DNA of 64,000 nucleotides from an uncultured Gemmatimonadales bacterium (GCA_963823035.1 CAWGKG010000010.1:128001-192000), one strand, 5' to 3'. Shown: positions 1-7,792, counted from the first letter of the stretch. Numbers and translations: made by a program. The notes: generated by a model not told the origin, from the letters alone.

Positions 1-240
1 GTCGGCGGTGGGATCACCTACCTGGTGGGCGCGTCGCACAAGAAGAAGCTCCGGGAGGTCCAGGCGGAGGTGGAAGGTCTCCTCGACCTCCTCGAGCTGA
101 GCGAACCCCTCGAGCCTCCGCCCGCCTCATGGAGGCGCTGGGTGAAGCGACAATTCCACGGCGTGGCCCGCGATCTGATGAGCCGAGAGGACGACGCCGA
201 CGAGGACGACCAGGGGCGCCTGAGGGCGCCCGAGCCGTGA
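1..240 (+). CDS. hypothetical protein, C-terminal part (runs off window start)
   Basis: Open frame from position 1 (VGGGITYLVGASHKKKLREVQAEVEGLLDLL...) to TGA at 238-240; GC3-biased codons. Confidence 0.6.
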   Translation, partial: VGGGITYLVGASHKKKLREVQAEVEGLLDLLELSEPLEPPPASWRRWVKRQFHGVARDLMSREDDADEDDQGRLRAPEP

Positions 241-347
241 GGGGCGCGGTCCACCCGCCTCCCGGCGCGAACCACGCCAGGGTGGCGCGAAGGGCACGTT
301 CCTCCACAGTTTGAAGGCATCTTGACTTCCCCCAGGATGCCGGCCCG

Positions 348-1142
348 ATGATCATCGTACACGTCTCCGATCCTCCGCTCCGCACGGCGCTACGCCGTGC
401 CGCGCACGTGGAGGAGGACGTGATTACGGATTCGGCCCTGGCCGCCGACGCCCTGCTGCTCGGCTTTCCCAGGCTCGTCGTCACCACGCCGGCGGACATG
501 GACCGCTTCCCGCTGACGCGCTCCGCCTGTCCGGTCCCTGTCATGGAGATCCAGCCCACGACCCTGGCCCGTTGGGAAGCGGAGCGGCGTGCGTTCTCCG
601 TGCCGCCGGGGCGCGTCGACTTCCTGACGAGCCGAGTGGAAGGCCTGCTCGAGAAGCAGTCGGGCGACGCCACGTGGGTGGACCGCACGCTCGGGGACCT
701 GAGTCGCGCGGCCGGGTCGGCGCTTCCGGCGCCGTTGCGGGCGTTTGCGCGCCGGGTGCTCGAGTTCCCGTCGCACTACGCCGACCTCCATACCATGGCG
801 GACGCCTGCAGCCTGTCCCGCGGCGCGCTCAAGGCACGCTTCCGCCGCCGTGGACTGTCTTCCCCGTACGCCTATATCCGCTGGCTGCGCGTGTTGGCCT
901 GCGCGCATCTGCTGTCGGACCGAACGGTGACGGTCGCAGGCGCGGCTCGGCGGCTCGGCTACACGTCCGCCGGCAATCTGTGCCGGACCATGATCTCCCT
1001 GACGGCCGTGACGCCGACCGAGGCGCGGACCTTGCTCGGCTGGAACCGGTTGTTGCTCTGCTTCACGTGGGAGTACCTGCGCGCGGACGCGCTGAGCGCC
1101 TGGCGCGACCTGGACGACCTCTTCGTCCGGCGAGCCGCCTGA
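348..1142 (+). CDS. AraC/XylS-family transcriptional regulator
   Basis: C-terminal double HTH: DLHTMADACSLSRGALKARFRRRGLSSPYAYIRWLR...TVAGAARRLGYTSAGNLCR; N-terminus looks like a degenerate receiver-like domain. Confidence 0.85.
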   Translation: MIIVHVSDPPLRTALRRAAHVEEDVITDSALAADALLLGFPRLVVTTPADMDRFPLTRSACPVPVMEIQPTTLARWEAERRAFSVPPGRVDFLTSRVEGLLEKQSGDATWVDRTLGDLSRAAGSALPAPLRAFARRVLEFPSHYADLHTMADACSLSRGALKARFRRRGLSSPYAYIRWLRVLACAHLLSDRTVTVAGAARRLGYTSAGNLCRTMISLTAVTPTEARTLLGWNRLLLCFTWEYLRADALSAWRDLDDLFVRRAA

Positions 1143-1164
1143 CCCCTCGCCTTCCGACACCATG

Positions 1165-1203
1165 AAAACAAAAAGGCCCTCCCCCTCCAGCGGGGGGAGG
1201 ACC
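1165..1203 (-). terminator. intrinsic terminator of rpsU
   Basis: Minus strand GGTCCTCCCCC-loop-GGGGGAGGGCC followed by TTTTTGTTTT. Confidence 0.8.
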
Positions 1204-1229
1204 GTCCTGGCATTCCCGTCCGACGACGC

Positions 1230-1433
1230 CTAGCGCCGATTCCGCCTCTGCCGCCGACGCTCGCGTCGGATGGCGGCCTCGCGCTTGCGCTTGCGCTGCG
1301 CGCTGGGCTTCTCGTAGAAGCGACGCTTCCGCAGCTCGGAGTACAAACCCGACCGCTGCACTTTCCTCTTGAAGCGGCGCAGTGCCCGCTCGAGGCTCTC
1401 GTTATCCTGGACGACTACTTCCAAGACGATCAC
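1230..1433 (-). CDS. rpsU: 30S ribosomal protein S21
   Basis: [49 protein letters not shown], a classic bS21 signature; start could be TTG at 1424. Confidence 0.97.
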   Translation of the reverse strand: MIVLEVVVQDNESLERALRRFKRKVQRSGLYSELRKRRFYEKPSAQRKRKREAAIRRERRRQRRNRR

Positions 1434-1467
1434 GCTCCGTGGATGATGGCGAACAATAAAGCTCTGA

Positions 1468-1497
1468 AAGCTAAGCCGTGCCCCCGCGGGCGGTCAA
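1468..1497 (-). promoter_or_regulatory. sigma70-type promoter of rpsU
   Basis: Minus strand TTGACC-N18-TAGCTT about 35 nt upstream of the start. Confidence 0.65.
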
Positions 1498-1546
1498 CCG
1501 TGGGCCAGCGGCTCGGATGGGCGGTCCCCGGCAGGCGCCCGTCGCG

Positions 1547-2230
1547 TCAGGGGAGCCTTCCCTCACGGTGCAGCGTATGGGCGTACAGGCGGTAGGTCTC
1601 GGGGTTGGCCCGGAAGTCCTGGACCCAGACCTCGAACGGCGGGAGGGGGAGGAGCTTCTCGATGTGCTCCACCACCATCATGGCGAACTGGATCCGGTCG
1701 GACGCCCTGAAGTCGATGCGCCCGCCGTCGAGGATGCGGTCGACCGCCTCCTCGAAGTCCCCGGGGTCCACCAGGCAGATCAGGTGGGCGACCTGGTCCA
1801 GTCGGTACGACGCGTAGAGGGAGCGCAGGGCGTCGAGCTCCTCGTCGGTCGGCTGACCCCCGCGGTCGTCGGGCCACTCGCCGGACATCTCGCGTGCGTT
1901 CTCCGCGAGGAGCGCGCGGAACTGCCGGCGCAGCTTCGGCGATCGGAGCGCGCTCTTGCGGCTGGTGTGCAGGGCGGACGCGAGGAGGCCGCCGAGGAGC
2001 GGCCGCCCGAGGCCTCGCGCCTTCTGGTGGATCTCCGCCTCGGAGTCCTCGAGGAAGATGTCCGCCGTGCGCACCTCGTCCTCGGCGACCTCGCCGTCCC
2101 CGGGTCGGAAGGAGAAGAAGCCCTGCCAGCGCCCCCCCGCGCCGACGTGGGTCACGAGGAAGCACGCCCACGTCTCGTCCTCGTGCTGAAGAAAAGCGAC
2201 GGAGCGTCTGCGTTCGCTGAGGGGGGCCAT
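1547..2230 (-). CDS. hypothetical protein A (domain X + domain Y; LPPFEVW family)
   Basis: 227 aa from MAPLSERRR; coding-like codon bias; shares motifs with ORFs at 3599 and 4887. Confidence 0.85.
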   Translation of the reverse strand: MAPLSERRRSVAFLQHEDETWACFLVTHVGAGGRWQGFFSFRPGDGEVAEDEVRTADIFLEDSEAEIHQKARGLGRPLLGGLLASALHTSRKSALRSPKLRRQFRALLAENAREMSGEWPDDRGGQPTDEELDALRSLYASYRLDQVAHLICLVDPGDFEEAVDRILDGGRIDFRASDRIQFAMMVVEHIEKLLPLPPFEVWVQDFRANPETYRLYAHTLHREGRLP

Positions 2231-2437
2231 GAGCGCCGTGTTCCTGGGAGTCCGTGGCCGGAAGATGACCGCCGCCGGCCGGCCCTGCAAGCGCCACCTC
2301 CCGCCCGTCCCGGCGGACGTGGGCACGGCATCCTTGCCCGGGGCGTAAACAGATAGTTATCGTAGCAGCGGACCCCCTGGCAGGGGCCCGGAAAACGTCT
2401 GCGCCCGAAGGCCGTAGCGCGGGCGAGCGGAATCGAC

Positions 2438-2463
2438 AACCCGGCTGCGGCCGGGTTTCTTTT
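2438..2463 (+). terminator. terminator-like hairpin in intergenic region
   Basis: AACCCGGC-TGCG-GCCGGGTT followed by TCTTTT. Confidence 0.5.
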
Positions 2464-2509
2464 CCAAAAAACAGGACGGCTGCGGGCAGGCGCGCCGCGG
2501 CGAGGACAA

Positions 2510-2596
2510 GACAAGAAAATAGGAGCGTCCCCGGCTGGCACCGGAGACGCTCCCTGCAAGGCACGGGTTGGCGGCCCGACCTGACTCTCTTGGCTG
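2510..2596 (-). ncRNA. candidate small RNA or attenuated leader
   Basis: Upstream TTGACA-N18-TAGCTT promoter (2631..2602); ends in 13-bp hairpin GGAGCGUCUCCGG-UGCCAG-CCGGGGACGCUCC plus UAUUUUCUU; no convincing ORF. Confidence 0.45.
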
Positions 2597-2601
2597 AGGT
2601 C

Positions 2602-2631
2602 AAGCTAGTCGGACCGTCTGGCGGGTGTCAA
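2602..2631 (-). promoter_or_regulatory. sigma70-type promoter
   Basis: Perfect TTGACA, 18-nt spacer, TAGCTT; same geometry and -10 as the rpsU promoter. Confidence 0.65.
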
Positions 2632-2708
2632 GGGATTCTTGCACCCGCCCATGGGCCTCCATCCGTGTCGCCGACGACGACCCCAAGAGGGGACCGGTGG
2701 AGAGACCG

Positions 2709-3596
2709 ATGAACACGACTGTGCTGACCGAGACCCGCCCCGAGGCGATGGGTGACGTTCCCGGGATTTGCGAGCTGCCCCTGACCCGGGCCGTCGTCCA
2801 ATACCGTGACGTGCACGAGATGGACACGCCCGGCGGGCGCATCGAGGACATCGGCCTCGCCGTGGTCGTGGAGGGCCGCTACGCCGCCTCCGCCGAAGCG
2901 CTCGACCTCGGGAGCGGGAACTTGAAGGTGCTGGATCTCAGCACCGAGCTGGTCGTGCTCGACTGGGTGTACGAGCCCACGCTGGAGCACGTCGCCGGCC
3001 TGCTCACGGCGGTCGCCTCCGGGAAGAGCGACGCACCCTTGCGCAAGTACGCCTTCCGTCTGGGGATGCGCGTCCTCGAGCGGGTGGGCTTCGGCCCCCT
3101 CACGCGGCCGAGCTTCCTCCGCATCGGGTTCCGTGACATCTGCCGCGACCTCGACCTCCACGAAGGGACGTCGATCCGCATCGTGCTCGGCCCGGGAAGG
3201 CTCACGCGCGCGCACCTCGACTACGACGGTTGCGCGCTCCTCTTCCGGACCGCGTTCCAGGAGCCCGACGCTCCGCTCGAGCGGGGGCTCGTAGCCGCCT
3301 TCCCCGACGCCGAGGTCCGCCGCCTCGTCCCCGCGGTCCCGAGCGACGCGCTCGACTACCAGGTGCGTTTTCCGCTCCCCACCGGCCTCGAGGAGGCGCG
3401 CTCCTGCCTCGCCTCGATGCGCCGCGGGATCGGTGCGCTGGTGGCCAGGTTCGAGCCCGAGCGCTTCGAAGTCGTCCAGGGGGTCCTCTCGACCTTCGGT
3501 ACGCGCGAGACGCTGGCGAGCCTGCAGGTGCGCGAGCCTCGCGTGCGCGCCGTGCGGGTGTCGCCTTCCGCTCCCGTCTCCACCGCGGTGCATTGA
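2709..3596 (+). CDS. hypothetical protein B
   Basis: 295 aa from MNTTVLTETRP, GGAGAG RBS, coding codon bias; no recognisable motif. Confidence 0.85.
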   Translation: MNTTVLTETRPEAMGDVPGICELPLTRAVVQYRDVHEMDTPGGRIEDIGLAVVVEGRYAASAEALDLGSGNLKVLDLSTELVVLDWVYEPTLEHVAGLLTAVASGKSDAPLRKYAFRLGMRVLERVGFGPLTRPSFLRIGFRDICRDLDLHEGTSIRIVLGPGRLTRAHLDYDGCALLFRTAFQEPDAPLERGLVAAFPDAEVRRLVPAVPSDALDYQVRFPLPTGLEEARSCLASMRRGIGALVARFEPERFEVVQGVLSTFGTRETLASLQVREPRVRAVRVSPSAPVSTAVH

Positions 3597-3598
3597 CC

Positions 3599-4186
3599 AT
3601 GCTCATGCATGCCGCCCCCGAGGTCGTCCGTCCTTCGTCCCACGTCGACGAGGGCGAGTTCCGCGTCCTCTACGCGGCCTACCGGAGACGCCAGGCGGCA
3701 CGCCTTCTCCAGATGCTGCCTCGCGACGCCATCCGCCCGCTGTACAGGCGTGCGCGCTTCGCGGCGGTGCGCGACGGTGGTGGCCACGACGTGGTCGGCG
3801 ACGACCCGCTCGCCTTCCTGGTCGCGTATTGCGAGACGCTTCTGCCGCTCCCTCCGTTCGAGGTCTGGCGGGCGGACTACGAGCTCCATCCCGATGCGCA
3901 CTTCGCCGACCTCGAGGATTCGCTGGACGGTCCGACCCCGGAGTCACCGTCGACGATGGAGGCGCGTCCGCTCGAGCTGGCGGGGGCGCCGTGGATCGCG
4001 CACCTGCGCGCCTTCCAGGAGGGCGGCTTCTGGCGAGCGTTCATCTCCTTCGAGGAGTGCGGCACCGGCCGCCTCCACAGGACCGCGCCGGTGTTCTACG
4101 AGCGCGATGCGGCCGAGCTCCGGGACCGCTTCCTCTCCTTCGAGCCGGCGGCCCTCCAGGCCTTCCTGAGATCCGCGCTCCCCTGA
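3599..4186 (+). CDS. hypothetical protein C (domain Y + domain X; LPPFEVW family)
   Basis: 195 aa, starts 2 nt after the stop of B; LLPLPPFEVWRADYELHP and WRAFISF...RTAPVFYE motifs shared with protein A. Confidence 0.85.
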   Translation: MLMHAAPEVVRPSSHVDEGEFRVLYAAYRRRQAARLLQMLPRDAIRPLYRRARFAAVRDGGGHDVVGDDPLAFLVAYCETLLPLPPFEVWRADYELHPDAHFADLEDSLDGPTPESPSTMEARPLELAGAPWIAHLRAFQEGGFWRAFISFEECGTGRLHRTAPVFYERDAAELRDRFLSFEPAALQAFLRSALP

Positions 4187-4347
4187 GTCGGGTTTTCGTA
4201 AAAAACGGTCGACGGAATGGCCACGGACACGTATCGGAGCAGCGGCCGAAACTCAGTGGGCCGCATGACGTTCGCACCGTTCGTGTCGACCCGATCGTAA
4301 GCTGCGACCCCACCTGGGAACAGTTGGATTTGACCCGAGCCCGATTT

Positions 4348-4374
4348 GTAAGTCGTTGTATTATAACGACTTAC
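4348..4374. promoter_or_regulatory. AT-rich palindrome, putative protein-binding site
   Basis: GTAAGTCGTT-gtattat-AACGACTTAC, a perfect 10-bp inverted repeat. Confidence 0.6.
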
Positions 4375-4412
4375 GGATAAGCTGCGCCAAGGGATCGGAG
4401 CGGACGAAAGGG

Positions 4413-4441
4413 TTGCGCCTCCTCCGGGGGGGACTTAGTGT
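4413..4441 (+). promoter_or_regulatory. possible sigma70 promoter for small protein D
   Basis: TTGCGC-N17-TAGTGT. Confidence 0.35.
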
Positions 4442-4564
4442 AGTGGCCACTTCGAGGTGATCGCTGTTCCCGCCGAGGCCTCGCCCGGTTGCTGCCCGGG
4501 TGGACGTACGGTGACCCTGAAATCCGAAACTTTTCATCCTTCGACCATTGGGTGAGGTGTGTCT

Positions 4565-4774
4565 ATGTGGGAAACGTGTTCCGTTCAGCTCAACGTGCGT
4601 CTCCCACGCGACGTGGCGGCCCAGGCGGAGGAGGTCCAGAAGACCGATCCCGAGTTCCTGAGTCGGGTTGTGCTGTACGGTCTGACACGCCGCTCCATCT
4701 ACCGCCACCTCCGCGAGCAGGCCCAGGGAGCCACCGGCTCCGGAGCGAGGGAGGCGACGCCCGGCGCCTACTGA
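4565..4774 (+). CDS. small protein D, possible ribbon-helix-helix DNA-binding protein
   Basis: GAGGTG RBS; VQLNVRLPRDVAAQAEEV...LSRVVLYGL resembles an RHH beta-strand/helix/helix pattern. Confidence 0.7.
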   Translation: MWETCSVQLNVRLPRDVAAQAEEVQKTDPEFLSRVVLYGLTRRSIYRHLREQAQGATGSGAREATPGAY

Positions 4775-4886
4775 GGCTTGCGCTTCCGGCCCCTTCGAAT
4801 CATACGTTTCGGCGCGACCGAGCCCCACGGTACGGTGTGCGCACCGTGCTTCGAGGGGGTGTTTCACGTCCAGCGGGAGGGCCGCC

Positions 4887-5219
4887 GTGGGCGCAGGCCG
4901 GTCGGGCTCGGAAGAGCCCAGCGAAGTCCTGCGGGCCAAATACCTCGATTACTGCTCGGCTCAGGTAGCGGACCTTCTCCTCTACCTGAGTCCGGACGAG
5001 ATCTACCTCCTGGCGCAGCGAGCACATCGCGAGCGGGGGGGAGAGGGCGACCTGTCCTACGTGGAGATGGTGAACATCGCCACGGACTGGCTGAGCGAGA
5101 AGGTGAAGCTCCCACCCCTCGAGGTGTGGACCGTGGACTACCTGGAGCACCCCGATCGGTACGAGGAGTACTTCATGGGGCTGTGGGAGTCCGAAGCCGA
5201 GGTGCCGGAAGAGCCCTGA
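4887..5219 (+). CDS. hypothetical protein E (domain Y only)
   Basis: GGAGG RBS, GTG start; LRAKYLDYCSAQVADL...KLPPLEVWTVDYLEHPDRY. Confidence 0.85.
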   Translation: MGAGRSGSEEPSEVLRAKYLDYCSAQVADLLLYLSPDEIYLLAQRAHRERGGEGDLSYVEMVNIATDWLSEKVKLPPLEVWTVDYLEHPDRYEEYFMGLWESEAEVPEEP

Positions 5220-5308
5220 GCGCTCGCGCGCCTTGACCTCTGCCTCCCGCGGCGGGATCGTGAGCGCACCGGCGGCCCCTCGCCGGATCCGCTCTTCGGA
5301 GGACCATC

Positions 5309-5686
5309 ATGCCGGCCCGAGCATGGCGGATGACGCCGATTCTCCTGAGCCTCGCCCTGGGTGCGTGCGCCACCGCGCCCGCTCAACAGCACCTCAACGC
5401 CAATCTCATCACCCGCGCTGAGATCGAGGAGCAGGGCCCGTCCTCGGTCTACGATCTGATCCAGAAGATCCGCCCGAACTGGCTGAACGTGCGCCACACG
5501 AGCTTCACCCAGGACACGAACGTGTGGGTGTATCTCGACGGCACGCGCATGGGCGGACCGGAAGCGCTTCGTCAGGTGTCTACGTCCGAGGTCGAGAAGC
5601 TGGAGTTTCTCGACGCGCGCCGGGCCACCGCCCGCTTCGGTTCCGGCCACGTGAACGGCGCCATCCTCATCACGACGCCAGGCTGA
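5309..5686 (+). CDS. lipoprotein, stand-alone TonB-receptor plug-like domain
   Basis: Lipobox LGAC; LITRAEI...VYLDG...EVEKLEFL..ATARFGSGHVNGAILITT plug motif; no barrel. Confidence 0.8.
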   Translation: MPARAWRMTPILLSLALGACATAPAQQHLNANLITRAEIEEQGPSSVYDLIQKIRPNWLNVRHTSFTQDTNVWVYLDGTRMGGPEALRQVSTSEVEKLEFLDARRATARFGSGHVNGAILITTPG

Positions 5687-6275
5687 CGGCAGGGACCCTC
5701 CGCGTAGCCTGGCCTGGTGCCGCTCGACCCTCCAGTCGACCGGCCACCCTCTCCGCGAGGAGTGCCTCCAACTTCCCGGTCGACGCGCACTCCCGGACGC
5801 CTTCGGCCGCGCCCCGCACATGCGCCTCCGCGTCCACCCGCGTGTCGAGGATCGTGCCCCCGCCGGCCGCGCCCACCACCGAGACGACGTTGATCAGCAC
5901 GCGCGCGTCGTCCGCGACGGGGCCGGAGAGGTCGAGACCGCAGTCCACCCACCACGAGGCTCGCCGGCCGTCGAGTCGCACGAGGCGGTGGCCCTGGCTG
6001 GCCACCTGGCCTCCGGGCACGCGCGCGGTGATCGTCAGCCCCAGCTCTTCGTAGGCGGTCGTGAGGGCGTTGAACACCTCCCCCGTCGAAGCCGACGGGA
6101 AGGTGTCCGCCACGGCGACGCCGTGCTGCACGACGGCCCCGGTTCCCGCGATGCCCCGCCTCAACTCGGGCGGGGCCGCCGCGGCCGGACCACCGTCGCC
6201 GCCGGGTGACGCGCAGGCGGGGAGGAGGGCGGCGGCCGCCAGCGCCACGCGCGTGATCGGGCAGGCCCGCCGCAT
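5670..6275 (-). CDS. hypothetical lipoprotein
   Basis: Lipobox LPAC; two cysteines (WVDCG, RECAS); directly downstream of ssb. Confidence 0.7.
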   Translation of the reverse strand: MRRACPITRVALAAAALLPACASPGGDGGPAAAAPPELRRGIAGTGAVVQHGVAVADTFPSASTGEVFNALTTAYEELGLTITARVPGGQVASQGHRLVRLDGRRASWWVDCGLDLSGPVADDARVLINVVSVVGAAGGGTILDTRVDAEAHVRGAAEGVRECASTGKLEALLAERVAGRLEGRAAPGQATRRVPAVSLAS

Positions 6276-6278
6276 GGC

Positions 6279-6740
6279 TCAGAACGGAAGGTCGTCGTCC
6301 GGCTCGCTCGACGACGGCTGTGGGCCGCTACCACCGTACCCGCCGCCGCCGCCACTCCCACCCGACGCGCCCCCGTAGCCGCCCCCCGCACCGCCGGCGG
6401 CCGCGGTGGTCGAGCCGAGCATCACCATCTCGTTGATGACGATGTCGGTCCAGTACTTCACACCCCCCTGGTCGTCCTGGGTCTGGGAGTACTCGATGCG
6501 TCCCTCGACGTAGAGACGATCGCCCTTGTGGACCCATTGCTCGACGATGTCCACCAGGCGACCGAAGAAGGTGAGGCGGTGCCACTCCGTCTTCTCCTGC
6601 TGCTGACCGTCCCGGCCCGACCACGAGCGGTTGGTGGCGAGCGAGAGTTTCGCCACCCGGGCTCCACCGGACGTGGCGCGGATCTCGGGATCGTTCCCGA
6701 CGTTCCCGATCAGCATGACCTTGTTGAGCGACCGACTCAT
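6279..6740 (-). CDS. ssb: single-stranded DNA-binding protein
   Basis: LNKVMLIGNVGNDPE...KTEWHR; Gly-rich linker; C-terminal DDDLPF. Confidence 0.98.
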   Translation of the reverse strand: MSRSLNKVMLIGNVGNDPEIRATSGGARVAKLSLATNRSWSGRDGQQQEKTEWHRLTFFGRLVDIVEQWVHKGDRLYVEGRIEYSQTQDDQGGVKYWTDIVINEMVMLGSTTAAAGGAGGGYGGASGGSGGGGGYGGSGPQPSSSEPDDDLPF

Positions 6741-6925
6741 GGGGGTGGGGACTCCTGGTGGGGAGGGGCCCGGCGAGCCGGGCGCGAAGACGGCGAAAGG
6801 GCGGCGGCCGGAGCCGCTCGAAGGGCGTAAGGTAAGAGGCGGCGGCAGCGTTTTTCCATCGCGGGTCGGGACGCTATCTTGCGTCGTTCCGACGCGTTCC
6901 CCGCACGAAGCCCGCGCTCCCGACC

Positions 6926-7711
6926 ATGACCGACCTCACGTACATCCGCGTCGAGTGGGACGGCGACCTGGCCGTCGTCACGGTCGACCGCCAGGACAAG
7001 CTCAACGCCCTGAACGCCGAGGTGATCGCCGAGCTCGGCGAGGTGTTCGAGGCGCTCAGGGACGACGACAAGGTCCGGGGGGTTCTCCTGACCGGCGCCG
7101 GCGAGAAGGCGTTCGTGGCCGGTGCCGACATCGGCGAGCTGGCGAAGATGGACTCCGTCACCGGTGTCCGCGTCAGTCGGAGCGGCCAGGATGTCTTCCT
7201 CGCCATCGAGCGCTTTCCCAAGCCGGTGCTGGCGGCCGTCGGCGGGTACGCGCTGGGTGGGGGGTGCGAGCTCGCACTCGCCTGCCACCTGCGCGTCGCC
7301 TCGGACAACGCGCGCTTCGGCCTCCCGGAGGTCGGGCTCGGGATCATCCCGGGGTACGGGGGCACGATCCGCCTCGCGCGGCTGATCGGCCTCGGGCGTG
7401 CGATCGAGATGACGCTCACGGGCGACATGATCGCCGCCGAGCGCGCCGCCGAGATCGGCCTCGTGTCCGCGGTCCATCCCAGGGCCGAGCTCCTCGACCG
7501 CGCGAAGGAGCTGCTCCGCCGCATCACCCGCAACGGGCCGTTGGCCGTGCGCATGGCGCTCGAGTCCATCCAGAGGGGCATGGACGTCGCGATGCAGGGC
7601 GCGCTGGACTTCGAGTCCTCGCTCTTCGGACTGCTCGCGTCGACCGAGGACATGAAGGAGGGGATGTCCGCCTTCCTGGAGAAGCGGAAGGCCGAGTTCA
7701 GAGGTCGCTGA
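6926..7711 (+). CDS. enoyl-CoA hydratase (crotonase family)
   Basis: KAFVAGADI, GYALGGGCELALAC, FGLPEVGLGIIPGYGGT. Confidence 0.95.
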   Translation: MTDLTYIRVEWDGDLAVVTVDRQDKLNALNAEVIAELGEVFEALRDDDKVRGVLLTGAGEKAFVAGADIGELAKMDSVTGVRVSRSGQDVFLAIERFPKPVLAAVGGYALGGGCELALACHLRVASDNARFGLPEVGLGIIPGYGGTIRLARLIGLGRAIEMTLTGDMIAAERAAEIGLVSAVHPRAELLDRAKELLRRITRNGPLAVRMALESIQRGMDVAMQGALDFESSLFGLLASTEDMKEGMSAFLEKRKAEFRGR

Positions 7712-7769
7712 AGCCCATCTTCATTCCCTGCGTTCGGCCCCTTCCGAGGCATCCACGCGGAGGGGCCGA

Positions 7770-7792
7770 AAGTCCTTGGAAGACAAGCACTT
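7770..7792. promoter_or_regulatory. imperfect palindrome upstream of recF
   Basis: AAGTCCTTG-N5-CAAGCACTT, same geometry as the 4350-4372 motif. Confidence 0.45.

Noticed and set aside
2535..2550. Sigma54 promoter (TGGCAC)
   Set aside because: The -12 element TTGC is poorly matched and the sequence is explained by a hairpin loop
2560..2600. GTCAGGTC on the minus strand resembling the SRP RNA core
   Set aside because: Lacks the GNRA loop and AGCAG of SRP helix 8
4348..4374. dif/Xer site
   Set aside because: Does not match the XerD arm TTATGTTAAAT
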